A DNA stretch of 64,000 nucleotides from Candidatus Latescibacterota bacterium (GCA_965237525.1 CBDEFO010000007.1:576001-640000); one strand, 5' to 3'. Shown: positions 1-10,423, counted from the first letter of the stretch. Translations and numbers: made by a program. Notes: a model not told the origin generated them from the letters alone.

Positions 1-15
1 AGTGGAGATCGACAC

Positions 16-654
16 ATGAATACCAGGGAGAAGTTGCAAAGAATCATTGAGGAAACCATCCATGCCCTGGCATTGGTAGTCGAAATGAGAGACTCGTACA
101 CAGCCGACCATCAGCAACAGGTGTCCGAGCTTTCCTGTGCCATAGCCGAAGATATGAGCCTTTCAAAAGAAAAAATTGATGGAATCCTCCTATCAGGGAC
201 TGTCCATGACATCGGCAAGATGCATATACCGGCTGAAATCCTCACCAAACCCGGTCGGTTAACTGAAATCGAATTTAATCTGATTAAAACTCACTCCCAA
301 GTCGGTTACAATATATTGAAGACGATGGAATTTTCATGGCCAATCGCCCAAATCGTACTTCAACATCACGAAACAATGGATGGTTCTGGATACCCTTCAG
401 GTCTATCGGGCGAAGACATTCTCCTGGAGGCACGAATCTTACATGTGGCTGATGTCGTTGAGGCTATGTCCAGTCACCGGCCTTACCGACCGGCTCTCGG
501 TATAGATAAGGCATTAGAGGAGATTTCACAAAAAAGGGGTATACTTTTTGACTTTGATGTGGTGGGTGCTTGTCTAAAGGTCTTTGAGAAAGGGTTTAAG
601 TTTGAAGACTCCTATTTGAAAACTCCTAATAGTGTTGAACGGATGATGGAGTGA
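16..654 (+). CDS. HD-GYP domain protein (c-di-GMP phosphodiesterase family)
   Basis: HDIGK, HHETMDGSGYP, ADVVEAM and HRPYR motifs. Confidence 0.9.
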   Translation: MNTREKLQRIIEETIHALALVVEMRDSYTADHQQQVSELSCAIAEDMSLSKEKIDGILLSGTVHDIGKMHIPAEILTKPGRLTEIEFNLIKTHSQVGYNILKTMEFSWPIAQIVLQHHETMDGSGYPSGLSGEDILLEARILHVADVVEAMSSHRPYRPALGIDKALEEISQKRGILFDFDVVGACLKVFEKGFKFEDSYLKTPNSVERMME

Positions 655-669
655 TGAAAGTGCATAATA

Positions 670-848
670 ATGTCTTCAGCCTTTTTTACTGCCAAGACCT
701 AAGGCACCGGGCTGGGCCTTGCTGTCTGTCAAAAGATAATAGACAATCACAAGGGGAAGATAGACATCCCACAGTACAAAGGCGAGCAGGACGACCCTTA
801 ACTATCTGCTTCCCAACAGTCACCCTCCCAATTCTGGGATCAACCTGA
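670..848 (+). pseudogene. Histidine kinase HATPase C-terminal remnant
   Basis: Manual translation FTAKT*GTGLGLAVCQKIIDNHKGKIDI (F and G2 boxes) with a stop and frameshifts, directly upstream of a response regulator. Confidence 0.75.
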
Positions 849-863
849 AGGAAGTGATCAAAG

Positions 864-1238
864 GTGAAGACTATATTAGTGGTGGATGACAACTTAAACC
901 AGATGCTCCTCTACGAGCAGGAACTCACAGATGATGGCTACAACGTGGTCCTCGCATCCGGCGGACAGGAGGCTCTCGATAAAGTCCAACAAAGCCGACC
1001 TGATCTTGTAGTCCTGGACATAGCTATGCCCGGAATGGATGGCATAGAGACGTTAGAGAGGATACTTGGGAGGGACAACAAAATGCCGGTCATACTTAAT
1101 ACAGCCTATGCCAACTACAAGGACAATTTCATGAGTTGGTCAGCCGATGCCTACGTCTTTAAATCCTCAGACCTGATTGAACTCAAGGAAGAGATCGAAA
1201 AATCGCTTGCAAAAGCGGAAAAAAGGAGGCGTAGATGA
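864..1238 (+). CDS. Single-domain response regulator (receiver)
   Basis: ILVVDD, DLVVLDIAMPGMDG, conserved T and K. Confidence 0.9.
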   Translation: MKTILVVDDNLNQMLLYEQELTDDGYNVVLASGGQEALDKVQQSRPDLVVLDIAMPGMDGIETLERILGRDNKMPVILNTAYANYKDNFMSWSADAYVFKSSDLIELKEEIEKSLAKAEKRRRR

Positions 1239-1317
1239 AAGGAGGGTGCACTATCCTTTTTGCTCTGTCAAGTTTAGATTATGCGCACCCTTCAGTTAAA
1301 TGTCCACATCCTTAACT

Positions 1318-1648
1318 ATTGAGGAGGAAAGACCAATGTCAAAAGAAGATCAACAGACCAAACTGACCAAGCTTCCAACGCTTCCTGAAGAGATGAGAAC
1401 GCTGCTGACCGAGGTAGTCGCGCATCTGAGGGAGAACGGCACCCAACTTTGCCAGACGTGGACAGAGCACATCATCCAAGAAAAGCTAATTGAGGAGGAA
1501 AGACCAATGTCAAAAGAAGATCAACAGACCAAACTGACCAAGCTTCCAACGCTTCCTGAAGAGATCGATCCGCTGCTGAGCGAGGTGGTCGAGCATCTGA
1601 GGGAGAACCGCATCCAACTTTGCCCGACGTGGGCAGAGCGCATCATCC
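1318..1648 (+). repeat. 171-nt tandem duplication including RBS and ATG
   Basis: attgaggaggaaagaccaatgtcaaaagaagatcaacag... occurs at 1318 and 1489. Confidence 0.95.
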
Positions 1649-2118
1649 AGGGGGGGTTGCTCACGGCGATGAGCGAAGAGGAGATTTTCGCTGAAACCAC
1701 CACCATCTATGACAACTATGTTAGAGTGCTCGAGACAGGCAGCACTGAGGCACTGCAAGTCTACGCCAGTGACCTGTTCGAGCGCGTCATCCCGCGCGGA
1801 GTGGAGATACACGAGGTCTTGGGCATCGTGCTGTTATTGCGCGATGTGCTTGCGCGCTCACTGTTACAAAAATATCGACAAGACTTCGAGCTGCTCGACA
1901 GGGTACTGGATGCCTACGAGCCTGCTGCCAACCGCATTGCCAGCACAGTGGGTGTAAGCATCGTGGAAGAGCTCGAGCGCGTCATCCGCCAGCAGAAGGA
2001 AGACCTCTGCGAACTCTCCACCCATATCCTTTTCGAGTACGGCAAAGATATAGATGGTGCACTGACGCTGGTTGAGCGCTGTCTCAGAAATGGGTCAACC
2101 CCCGATAGTATCAATTAG
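1336..2118 (+). CDS. RsbR-like (RsbRD N-terminal domain) protein lacking the STAS domain, with a duplicated N-terminus
   Basis: Helical RsbR N-domain ending ERVIRQQ..ELST, then divergence where STAS should begin; RBS GAGGAGG at 1321 and 1492. Confidence 0.6.
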   Translation: MSKEDQQTKLTKLPTLPEEMRTLLTEVVAHLRENGTQLCQTWTEHIIQEKLIEEERPMSKEDQQTKLTKLPTLPEEIDPLLSEVVEHLRENRIQLCPTWAERIIQGGLLTAMSEEEIFAETTTIYDNYVRVLETGSTEALQVYASDLFERVIPRGVEIHEVLGIVLLLRDVLARSLLQKYRQDFELLDRVLDAYEPAANRIASTVGVSIVEELERVIRQQKEDLCELSTHILFEYGKDIDGALTLVERCLRNGSTPDSIN

Positions 2119-2138
2119 TATCAATCGGGGATTGACCC

Positions 2139-2465
2139 ATGCGCGAGTTAGCGGAACAATATACGTCAGTGTTGCAGGATTACCTGACCGATGCGGGAGA
2201 AAGTGCCTTGCGGCGCGTATGAACTCGGACGCAGAGCCATCAACGACGGACGGGGTGTGGATGTAGTAATATCTCAGATGACCGGTCGTGAGTTGGTCGA
2301 ACGCCTGGTGCCACTGCACGGAAGATGAAGGTGCTGTTCATATCTGGCTACCTGGACAACTCTATTGTCCACTGCGGCGTATTGGATGTGAGCGTGTCCT
2401 TTCTCCCCAAACCCTTCACGCCGGATGTTCTGGCGTACAAGGTACGGAAAATACTATATATTTGG
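2139..2465 (+). pseudogene. Decayed RsbU N-terminal domain joined to a receiver-domain C-terminus
   Basis: MRELAEQYTSVLQDYLTDAGESALRR/YELGRRAINDG then [38 protein letters not shown] across frameshifts. Confidence 0.65.
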
Positions 2466-2479
2466 AATTTAATTTTTAG

Positions 2480-3262
2480 ATGAAACGCATCCTGTTTGTA
2501 GCAACTCCAGTTATCGTATATATGCTGTCGTTTGGGGATACGACTCTCCTTTCGTCGGGAAGTACGACGGATGTTCCTCTGATAGATGGTCTTCATGAGT
2601 CCCCGCTTGAATCCATGACTCCCGACTCTCTATCGGATGCCCCTGGGACAGTCGATCTGGTGATCTCCCGATACGACTCCCTGATCAAGAAATATTCGGA
2701 TCAGCACGGTTTTGATTGGATGGTTATCGCCGCCTTAATCTGGCAAGAGTCGCGGTTTAATCCAAAAGCCACCAGCCGCTCCAGGGCCAAGGGACTGATG
2801 CAGATTATGCCGCAGACAGCCCAGGAGTTGAAATTAGTCAAGATATACGATCCTGAATCTAATATCTGTGCAGGTGTGAAATACTTTAAAAGGCAGTATG
2901 AACTCTTCTCGGAGGAGGAGGGAGTAGAGCTTATACGCTTTGCTCTGGCGAGCTATCACAGCGGATTTGGCCGTGTTGTGGACGCCCAAAAGATAGCCCG
3001 GAACATCGGTCTTCCCACGGACAGATGGGAATCTTTGAGAAAGACGCTCCCTATGCTCGAGGGGAAATATAGTCAACTTCATCAGCGCATCTGGGGCGAG
3101 TCCAGACCGAAGCACGGATTCTACCGGGGTGCCAGAAAGACTATCGCCTATGTCGAATCGGTCGAGCGAAAATATATGGAATATCAAAAGTTAGCCGGTC
3201 AGGATGTTCAGAATCAAGGATTAGTTGCAATGGACCGACCTTCAAAAGAGGATTTGTATTAA
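2480..3262 (+). CDS. Lytic transglycosylase (SLT domain, MltF-like)
   Basis: [24 protein letters not shown] motifs; hydrophobic N-terminus. Confidence 0.9.
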   Translation: MKRILFVATPVIVYMLSFGDTTLLSSGSTTDVPLIDGLHESPLESMTPDSLSDAPGTVDLVISRYDSLIKKYSDQHGFDWMVIAALIWQESRFNPKATSRSRAKGLMQIMPQTAQELKLVKIYDPESNICAGVKYFKRQYELFSEEEGVELIRFALASYHSGFGRVVDAQKIARNIGLPTDRWESLRKTLPMLEGKYSQLHQRIWGESRPKHGFYRGARKTIAYVESVERKYMEYQKLAGQDVQNQGLVAMDRPSKEDLY

Positions 3263-3304
3263 GCTGTTGCTGTGAAAGTAAGTACAACATTTGCACATGT
3301 TCTA

Positions 3305-4825
3305 AAAGCCTTGTGAAATAGTTATGTCCCAGGCAGCGTCTGAAGCGCCGATTATGGGTCAAAGAGAAGCATATCGTATCGTTTTGCTGTGGAATAAGCA
3401 AAATAGTCTTATCAGAGTTCTGGTCAGCAAGGAATAGGAGCTGTTTGAAGAACAGGATGCACTGTCTTTGACAGACAGGGCACACATAGACGCTTTCCCC
3501 CTTCTTATGAAAGATACAAGCCTCTTGAGATTCTGTACTGTTGCAACAAGATTCAACTGTTCATTCAGTGAGGCTGGTCCTCTGTAACGGGCTCGTCCCA
3601 TACCGTGTTGTTGCCTGGCTTCAGCAAAGATATGTTCACTGCGTTTACGGAGTCTCCGGGAGAGTTTGTAGTCAGCTGTTAATGAGATAGACCGTGCATG
3701 ATTTCTGGCTTTCGCCTCTCGCACTTTTCTATCCCGTTCGGCCTGAATATGTGCTGAATTTGTCTTGTTTTTCCATGTAGGAATCGGTTCAATCCTCTCA
3801 TCGGCTCGCAGAGGAATATGGGGTATGATTCCCCGGTCAAGTACATCAGCGATAAAATTACCAGAACCGTAACCGGTATCGGCACTAAGTGTCTGAATGT
3901 CTTTGGGCATGGTGTATGTTTCAAGGTCATCTACCATCTTAAGGGCACTTTCGGGCTCTGCTGTCCCTGTCGCCTGCGTGCCCTGAGTCTCAAGGATTAC
4001 TCTGCTTTTTGTGTCGATCAGATCATGGCCCATAAACGAGAGAAAAGCCCCTTTGCCCTTCGATTTGCTGTATAAGCGCGCGTCGGGGTCTGTAGTCGAA
4101 CGGTGTGTTTGGTTCGTCCACTTTTCACCATAAAAGTCTTTATCCTGAGGATGCCCGGACCTACCCTTTGTCTTATCACCTTCAAAACCGATTCCCTTGA
4201 GATAATCATCAAGAGAAACAGGGGGTTCTATCGGCTCAATACTTTTCACTGAAGCATCAGCTTGTATCTGAGTGCCGTCGACACTAAGGTGTTTACCGCT
4301 CACAAGACCGACATCTATGCAACACTGGACTACCTGACGCATTATCCGTTCAAACAACCCACTGGATGCCCACTTGTGATTGCGAAGCTTGTTGATCGTG
4401 CTCCTATCCGGAACCGCATCATCAAATGTCTGATGACAAAACAACCGATATGCCGCATGCATCCCCACTTCCTGACAGAGCCGATTCTCACTCAAATTAT
4501 ACAGATAGCCAATAAGGATCATTCGAACAACTAATTCAGGATCAATACCGGGTCTGCCATTGTCAGGGCAATAACAATCTGATACAACGTCTCGTACAAA
4601 TGAAAAATCAACTGCCTCATCAATCTGACGAAGGATATGATCCTCGGGAACTAAATCCTCCATCTGAAAATAGTGAAACATCGGATTTGTCTGTTCCTGC
4701 TTTTGTGGGGTCATTGTTTCCTCCATGTATAATATTATCAATAACATAGTATAATACATCGGAGCTGCTTTATCAATGCTTGTTCTATACTACTTTCTGA
4801 ATCTAAGGGTTTTTCACAAGGCTTC
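3305..4825 (-). mobile_element. IS1182-family insertion sequence, copy 1 (1521 bp)
   Basis: Terminal IRs (G/A)AAGCCTTGTGAAA flanked by TA; near-identical to copies at 33877 and 63302. Confidence 0.9.
3359..4714 (-). CDS. IS1182-family DDE transposase
   Basis: GRPGIDP, VDGTQIQADAS, TDPDA, ADTGY, R..SEHIFAE; start MTPQ after GGAGG. Confidence 0.9.
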   Translation of the reverse strand: MTPQKQEQTNPMFHYFQMEDLVPEDHILRQIDEAVDFSFVRDVVSDCYCPDNGRPGIDPELVVRMILIGYLYNLSENRLCQEVGMHAAYRLFCHQTFDDAVPDRSTINKLRNHKWASSGLFERIMRQVVQCCIDVGLVSGKHLSVDGTQIQADASVKSIEPIEPPVSLDDYLKGIGFEGDKTKGRSGHPQDKDFYGEKWTNQTHRSTTDPDARLYSKSKGKGAFLSFMGHDLIDTKSRVILETQGTQATGTAEPESALKMVDDLETYTMPKDIQTLSADTGYGSGNFIADVLDRGIIPHIPLRADERIEPIPTWKNKTNSAHIQAERDRKVREAKARNHARSISLTADYKLSRRLRKRSEHIFAEARQQHGMGRARYRGPASLNEQLNLVATVQNLKRLVSFIRRGKASMCALSVKDSASCSSNSSYSLLTRTLIRLFCLFHSKTIRYASL

Positions 4826-5101
4826 TAAAGATCGGTGTAAATTCCATATCCTTTTGATTATTCTGGATTTAAGTTTCTTTTTTACTACAATTTGAGCGGA
4901 GACGCCGATTTTACGTACATATAGTTGCACTTCTTGTGTGACTTGGTCGGAGAATGAGGACATGAACCTACTGCATCATATCTTCGATACCGATCTATCA
5001 GCTTTTCCCCAAAAAGTTCTTCGACCACTTCGTGGCTTGCTACCTCTCCAGCAAAGTGGCCACGCCACCTTTTTGGGGGGGCATCCACTTTGTGAAAAAG
5101 C

Positions 5102-5938
5102 ATGTATCAATCAATTCTGTTATTCTTCCTGACACTTGCTGCAGGATCGCTGTTAGATGTCAGCAACTCTCGGGTTATAGAGAAAGAGCCTTTCGTTCTT
5201 GCCGACTTTTCGAATGTCGGAGAACCCGGTCAGTTCCCATCTGGATGGGGCTCCAGGGGAGGAGATGGGATAGAGGTGTATCGCCTCGAATCTGAAGATG
5301 ACAATCTCTTTTTGAGAGCAGAATCCAAAGGAAAGTCTGTAACTGCCGGGGTCAAGTGCAGGGTCAGCCTGAGGATTTATCACATCTTGCAGTGGAAGTG
5401 GAGGGTCCACAAAGTCCCTCCGTCCGCTGACGAACGAGACAGGGGAAAAAATGACAACGCCGCTGCTGTCTATATTGTCTTTGAGGGGGGAATGATACCC
5501 AAGACTCTAAAATACGTATGGAGTTCTTCTCTCCCTGTCAGAACTACGCTGGAAAGTCCCCGAAGCAGCCGCACGAAGATTGTAGTCTTGGAAAGCGGAA
5601 CCCAAAAGACCGGAATCTGGATAGAGGAGACTATCAACGCATACCAGGACTATAAAAAGCTCTTTGGAAGTGAGCCTCGGATGGTGAAAGCAGTTGCCAT
5701 CCTCAGCGATTCTGACGATACCAAAGAGCCGGTGATGGCCGATTACGATGATATTGTCTTTTTCACTCCAGATAGAGTTAATTCCAAAAAGGTGAAAACT
5801 GTAAAGATAGACAATGTTGATGCGATGTATAAAGCAAATTACATCAAAGACAGCTTAGGGTTCCTGCAGTCTGTGCAGAAAGGGAGGACATCGGAGGCAC
5901 AACAGTGGATAACGGTGTGGCTTTTCCCCACGCCATAG
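5102..5938 (+). CDS. DUF3047-family secreted protein
   Basis: Signal peptide; LQWKWRV, LKYVWSS, DYKKLFG, AILSDSDDT motifs. Confidence 0.8.
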   Translation: MYQSILLFFLTLAAGSLLDVSNSRVIEKEPFVLADFSNVGEPGQFPSGWGSRGGDGIEVYRLESEDDNLFLRAESKGKSVTAGVKCRVSLRIYHILQWKWRVHKVPPSADERDRGKNDNAAAVYIVFEGGMIPKTLKYVWSSSLPVRTTLESPRSSRTKIVVLESGTQKTGIWIEETINAYQDYKKLFGSEPRMVKAVAILSDSDDTKEPVMADYDDIVFFTPDRVNSKKVKTVKIDNVDAMYKANYIKDSLGFLQSVQKGRTSEAQQWITVWLFPTP

Positions 5939-6018
5939 ATACGACAACCAACGAACCGAAGCAAAGTTAGGTATTGACGTACAGATACCCCCTGACACAA
6001 AGTTCGGGAGATAGGAAA

Positions 6019-6411
6019 ATGAAAACGAAAAGACATATCCTGATAGTTGATGATGAGCAGGGTACATAAAAGACCTTAGGCGACATCTTGAAGGATCAAG
6101 GTTTTCAGGTCGTCCCAATTTCCTGTGGTCGTCAAGCTGTCCAAAGCGCCAGAAAGGTTCGCTTCGATTTGGCTCTTTTGGACATCAGGCTCCTAAAAAC
6201 AGATGGTGTCGAGATCTTTAAACATATTAAAAGTATCGACTCGGACATAAAAGTGATTATGATGATCGCATATTCTGACACAAGGCTAATCCGAAGAACT
6301 CTGGATTATGGGGCTTGCGCAGTAGTCCGAAAGCCATTGGCTCCCGAAAAGTTGGTAAATTTCATCTGCAAGGTATTATCTATTGAGTATGTCACGGATC
6401 CAAAAGCTTAA
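6019..6411 (+). pseudogene. Response regulator with premature TAA
   Basis: MKTKRHILIVDDEQGT*KTLGDILKD: in-frame TAA at 6067-6069, remainder is a normal receiver domain. Confidence 0.8.
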
Positions 6412-6456
6412 GCGCTGATATTACCTTTTAACATGACGAGTTCGTTTTTTTTGATA

Positions 6457-6545
6457 AGCCTCGAGTACAAAGGGATAGCAGAACTCTTCAATATGTCCAC
6501 AGAGAAGGTTGAAAACAGCTTCCTAGAGGGCAAGACAGGAAATAA
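6457..6545 (+). pseudogene. Possible sigma-70 region 4 remnant
   Basis: SLEYKGIAELFNMSTEKVENS resembles the region-4 HTH pattern. Confidence 0.35.
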
Positions 6546-6800
6546 AAGCCTTTCTTGCTAGCTGATTGGAAATTCCAGAAGCAGACTTACACCGGCATAT
6601 TTTGAAAATCCTTAGTGGCGATCCCTATCTCCCATCTTTCATAACGATTCTTGTCAATTCCAAGTTCAGTTACTCAATTCATTGAAAAGGATTGATAAGA
6701 TAAACAAGTTTATGAGGGAATCGAACGAGTTCTAAAGGAGGAAAATGATTTAGAGGATGAGACTGTTCACGATGTAAGTTTGTAGGAAGAGATAAAAGAA

Positions 6801-6953
6801 TAGCTCCATCTTAGAAACTCGCAGCTTGAAGGAGGAACTTAACCAACTTTCAGGCCGGTTATTCCTCCCAAGCTCCACCAAAAAAGATCTTGGTAGCCCT
6901 TTCTCTGTGCCCGAAGGCACATACGGGGCTTTGTGTTTCTGAAGATGGAGCTA
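6801..6953 (-). ncRNA. Candidate structured non-coding RNA
   Basis: 18-bp closing stem, cUUCGg hairpin, two further stems, promoter directly upstream, U-rich tail. Confidence 0.6.
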
Positions 6954-6958
6954 ACCCA

Positions 6959-6987
6959 AAAATAGTTATTCCTGACCGCCTTGTCAA
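6959..6987 (-). promoter_or_regulatory. Sigma-70-type promoter for the candidate ncRNA
   Basis: TTGACA-17 nt-TATTTT; predicted start ~6953. Confidence 0.6.
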
Positions 6988-7088
6988 GCTAAAAAGAAGA
7001 GTCTGACGAGTTAGAAATAGAGGTTAAGGAACGAATGGCTTGAGCTTTTAAAGGTCAATGCAATTCTGGGGGAAGGACTTAAACAAAG

Positions 7089-7256
7089 TTGACCAAGTGG
7101 CAAAGAACCATTGAGGAAACCATCCATGCCCTGGCATTAGCAGTCGAAATGAGGGACCCGTACACAGCCGGCCATCAGCAACAGGTCTCCAAGCTTTCCT
7201 GTGCCATAGCTGAAGATATGGGCCTTTCAAAAGACATGACTGATGGAATCCTCCTA
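7089..7256 (+). pseudogene. Truncated paralogue of the HD-GYP gene at 16-654
   Basis: High nucleotide identity to ~30-193, ending abruptly at GILL where a MITE begins. Confidence 0.85.
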
Positions 7257-7487
7257 AGTAGCTTAACAAAACTTATCGGATATAAGTAGACAGGGATATC
7301 CCTTGAGATTGCTTCGGGGCTTTGCCCCTCGCAATGACAGAAAGCCCGGACGAGCACGGCATTGCGAGCAACCCCCGATTGACTCTATCGGGGGTCGAGG
7401 GGAAGCAATCTCACTTAGGTTGCCTCTTCCTGTATATTGCCCACTATTTTGGAAATCTTGTCCAGACTATTTTGACCCGATACTTAG
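7254..7487. mobile_element. MITE-like element carrying palindromic repeats
   Basis: Ends CTAAGTA-N6-CAAAA / TTTTG-N6-TACTTAG; internal GAGATTGCTTCG..GCAATGAC and GCATTGCGAG..GAAGCAATCTC. Confidence 0.55.
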
Positions 7488-7558
7488 TTTTCTTTTGTAT
7501 CTTCTCTTCTAAATATGATCTATAACCCCTAGTCAAACCATAAGAAAGCGAGGCGGAT

Positions 7559-7765
7559 ATGAACAAGTCAGATAAAATTGCTGCCTATAAAGAAGGCGGC
7601 TTTCCGAGTGACAAAAGGAGAGTGAGCAATGGGACTGGACTTCCAGAGCAATTAAGGGTCACTCAACTTCAGGAACAGTTCGTAAATCTCATTAATCAAA
7701 AGCCTGAGGAAGTCGTACAGCTTATAAGGACATGGCTGGCCGAGACAGATGAACTTGTTAAATAA
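7559..7765 (+). CDS. Small protein resembling the FliF C-terminal FliG-binding segment
   Basis: NQKPEEVVQLIRTWL motif, directly upstream of fliG. Confidence 0.6.
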   Translation: MNKSDKIAAYKEGGFPSDKRRVSNGTGLPEQLRVTQLQEQFVNLINQKPEEVVQLIRTWLAETDELVK

Positions 7766-7795
7766 GACAGAAAGGCTCAAGGAGGATTGATCTTT

Positions 7796-8832
7796 ATGAA
7801 CGATTCTAATCTTTTCTTAAAAGGACGCCTGAGCATCACAGAAATACAGAAAGCCGCTATACTAACGGTCGTTATGGGAGGAGATGTAGCCTCCCCATAT
7901 TCAAGAACCTCAGAGACGACAAAGTCGAGCAGCTCACGGTCGAAATTGCCCAGTTGGGGGATATCCCCGCTTCGATCACAGAGTCTGTGCTGGAAGAGTT
8001 CGCGCAAATGATCCAGGCAAAAGAATACATCTCCAAAGGAGGTATCGACTTCGCAAATGAAGTGCTTCAAGAGGCATTAGGATCCCAAAAGGCAGCTGAG
8101 ATTATGGAGGGCGTCCAGAGCGTCATAAAAGTCACCGGGTTTAGAAGACTAAGGGAGGTAGACCCTGAAGAAATTTTGGACTTTATACGGAAAGAACACC
8201 CCCAGACGGTAGCTCTTATATTAGCCAACTTAAGACCCGAACAATCTGCCGCTATATTGGCCAAACTCCCAGCTCAAAAGCAGCAAGACATAGCATATCG
8301 CATCGCCACTATTCAGAAGATCCCTCCTGAGGTGATAGAGGGGATCGAAGTGGCACTTGAGGCCCAATTTGAATCTACGATCAAAGGAGAACTCACCATA
8401 CCAGAGGGCGCGAAGATAATGGCAGAACTTCTGAACTCAGCCGACAGAGCTATAGAAAAAAGCGTCCTTGCCGAACTCGGAACTAAGGATCCAGAACTGG
8501 CTACGGAGATCAAGGAGCTTATGTTCGTCTTTGAAGACATAGTCACTCTGAGTGCCAAAGACCTTCAAAGAGTACTGTTGGAGGTGAAAACCGAAGACTT
8601 GGCCATAGCTTTGAAAGGCACAACCGACGATCTCAAATCTTCAGTTTTTGCAAACGTCTCCAAACGTTTGGCAGCTATCATACAGGAGGAGATGGACCTT
8701 TTGGGCCCAGTCAGATTACAATACGTGGAAGAAGCTCAAAAGAGGATAGTAGAAGCTGTGCTGGACCTTGAAGATAGAGAAGAGATAGCAAACATAGGGG
8801 ACAACAAAAAAGGAGGCATAATTGTTGAGTAA
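7796..8832 (+). pseudogene. fliG: Flagellar motor switch protein FliG, frameshifted near 7895
   Basis: QKAAIL in one frame continues as IFKNLRDDKVEQLTVEIA in another; GGIDFA, EHPQTVALIL, MFVFEDI, ALKG motifs. Confidence 0.85.
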
Positions 8833-9039
8833 TACAGCAAGACTTAAGTGGTCGACGGTATAAGATTCAAGAGAAGGTATTTTGTGTATTCTTGTTTTTA
8901 AGACTCTATCCGGTCTATTGGTTATTAGGAATGATCGTAGGATTGGGTGCCAGTAATGTCAAGCGTCTATGTCATCCCCGATAGCTTCAATCGGGGGTAG
9001 GGCCTGTTTTACCATCCCTTGAGCGGAGGAAGAACTAGG

Positions 9040-9460
9040 ATGAGCAAATATGCGTGGCAAATATTGACACTATTGAGGCCGGGGATGCAGGGAGGAGTTC
9101 CGAGGAAAGCCGGAACTTTGACTCGAAAGCCACAGCACGTGGATTCGGTGGAGTGTGCTCGGTGTGGCGGTGCCGGTATGGATCGAAACTCCCCCCACTC
9201 GGTGCTGGGTCTGCAGCGGGAAAGGGCACAAAAAAATGCGGCCGCCGGTGATCACCTGTGCCTTTTGCCGCGGGAAGGGACAGCCCCGAGGGACCGAGAT
9301 AACCTGTCCGGTGTGTTGTGGCCGTTGGTGACGTTTCCGTCCGGGAGCCTATAGTAAGGTGTCCAAAGTGCGGGGAAAGAGGTGGAAATAGAGGGGTCCG
9401 GCTCTAATGTATGGAGTGTAAGGGTCACGGCGTGGTCACTGCGAAAGCTAAAAACAAGGA
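9040..9460 (+). pseudogene. Decayed multi-CxxCxGxG (DnaJ-type) zinc-finger protein
   Basis: CARCGGAG, CWVCSGKG, CAFCRGKG, CPVCCGR, CPKCGERG, CMECKGHG across frameshifts and stops. Confidence 0.75.
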
Positions 9461-9659
9461 TGCCAACTTGGCCGAAGGGGCGATAACGTAAAAATCGCTT
9501 CAACGGTCAGTTGCCAATAAAGAGGTAGCCCCTACTGCTGAAGTTGCTGAGGCGACTGGTCGTAAGGAGAGGGCTAACGAGATAACCATACGGTACTGAG
9601 GTAGACCCCCGGTCCCCGATCGAGTCTATCGAGGATCGGGGAAGAATCCTAAGGCATAT

Positions 9660-9967
9660 GTGTTTATTAAAGTTATTGTTTAACCCCGCTGGGACAGTGT
9701 AGCTCTGGGCTGATTTATTGACTTTAGAAGCCGGTTTATGTCCCACACAGTGGACAAAGGGGGTGTTAATATATCAGCTGATCAAACCAGAGCATCCGTA
9801 AGGGCACTGGCTGAAGCGTAGTAAAAGCGGAAACAGGCAGCGAGGAGACTCCAGCTACGCGGTGATGGTCTCCCGCTCAGCGGGGATCCTAACCTAGAGA
9901 ACTGGAGGCTGGTAAATGTGAAGCCACGTTGAGTCACCGCCTACGGCGCGGCTCGACGTGGCTTCAC
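9660..9967 (+). mobile_element. Probable IS200/IS605 (TnpB-type) right-end relic
   Basis: Terminal hairpin GTGAAGCCACGTTGAG..CTCGACGTGGCTTCAC ending TTCAC, upstream stems, eroded IKVIV/NPAGT, truncates the neighbouring gene. Confidence 0.45.
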
Positions 9968-10423
9968 TTGAGGACGGAAATCAGAACCCATAAGATCAAC
10001 GTTCCAGTTCGGGTCTACTGTGAAGCTGACATACGCCTTATTAACCGGAATCCCTTGATGTCTCTGCTGAAATGTAACATACCAGTTTCCAGAACCTTGG
10101 CTGGCCTCCTTAAACTCAACGTCAGACATATTCACCTTGAGCAGATCTTTGTAATCTGCAATGAAACTTCTGCTTATAGTTTCAACATTGCCTTTTTGCA
10201 GTGATACAGCACCGGCAAAATACCTATCCATCTTGACCCCATGGCCCACTATTCTGTGGGGGCTTTTGGTGATAGGATTCTGAAAGGCAGTAAGCTCGTT
10301 GCCATATATGCCCACGAGCATCTGTCGTTCCAACCCTCTCTGGGCATAGGAAGGACTGTTAAAAGTAAGGGATAAAACTACGCCCAATACTAAAGATAAG
10401 TACGTGCACGTTGAATGTCTCAT
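9968..10423 (-). pseudogene. Secreted protein with FTP-type peptidase propeptide, truncated
   Basis: Signal peptide, VTFQQRHQGIPV; homology ends at the hairpin at 9967. Confidence 0.6.

Noticed and set aside
9000..9930. Group II intron RNA
   Set aside because: No recognisable domain V or RT; 9040-9460 is explained by a zinc-finger pseudogene.
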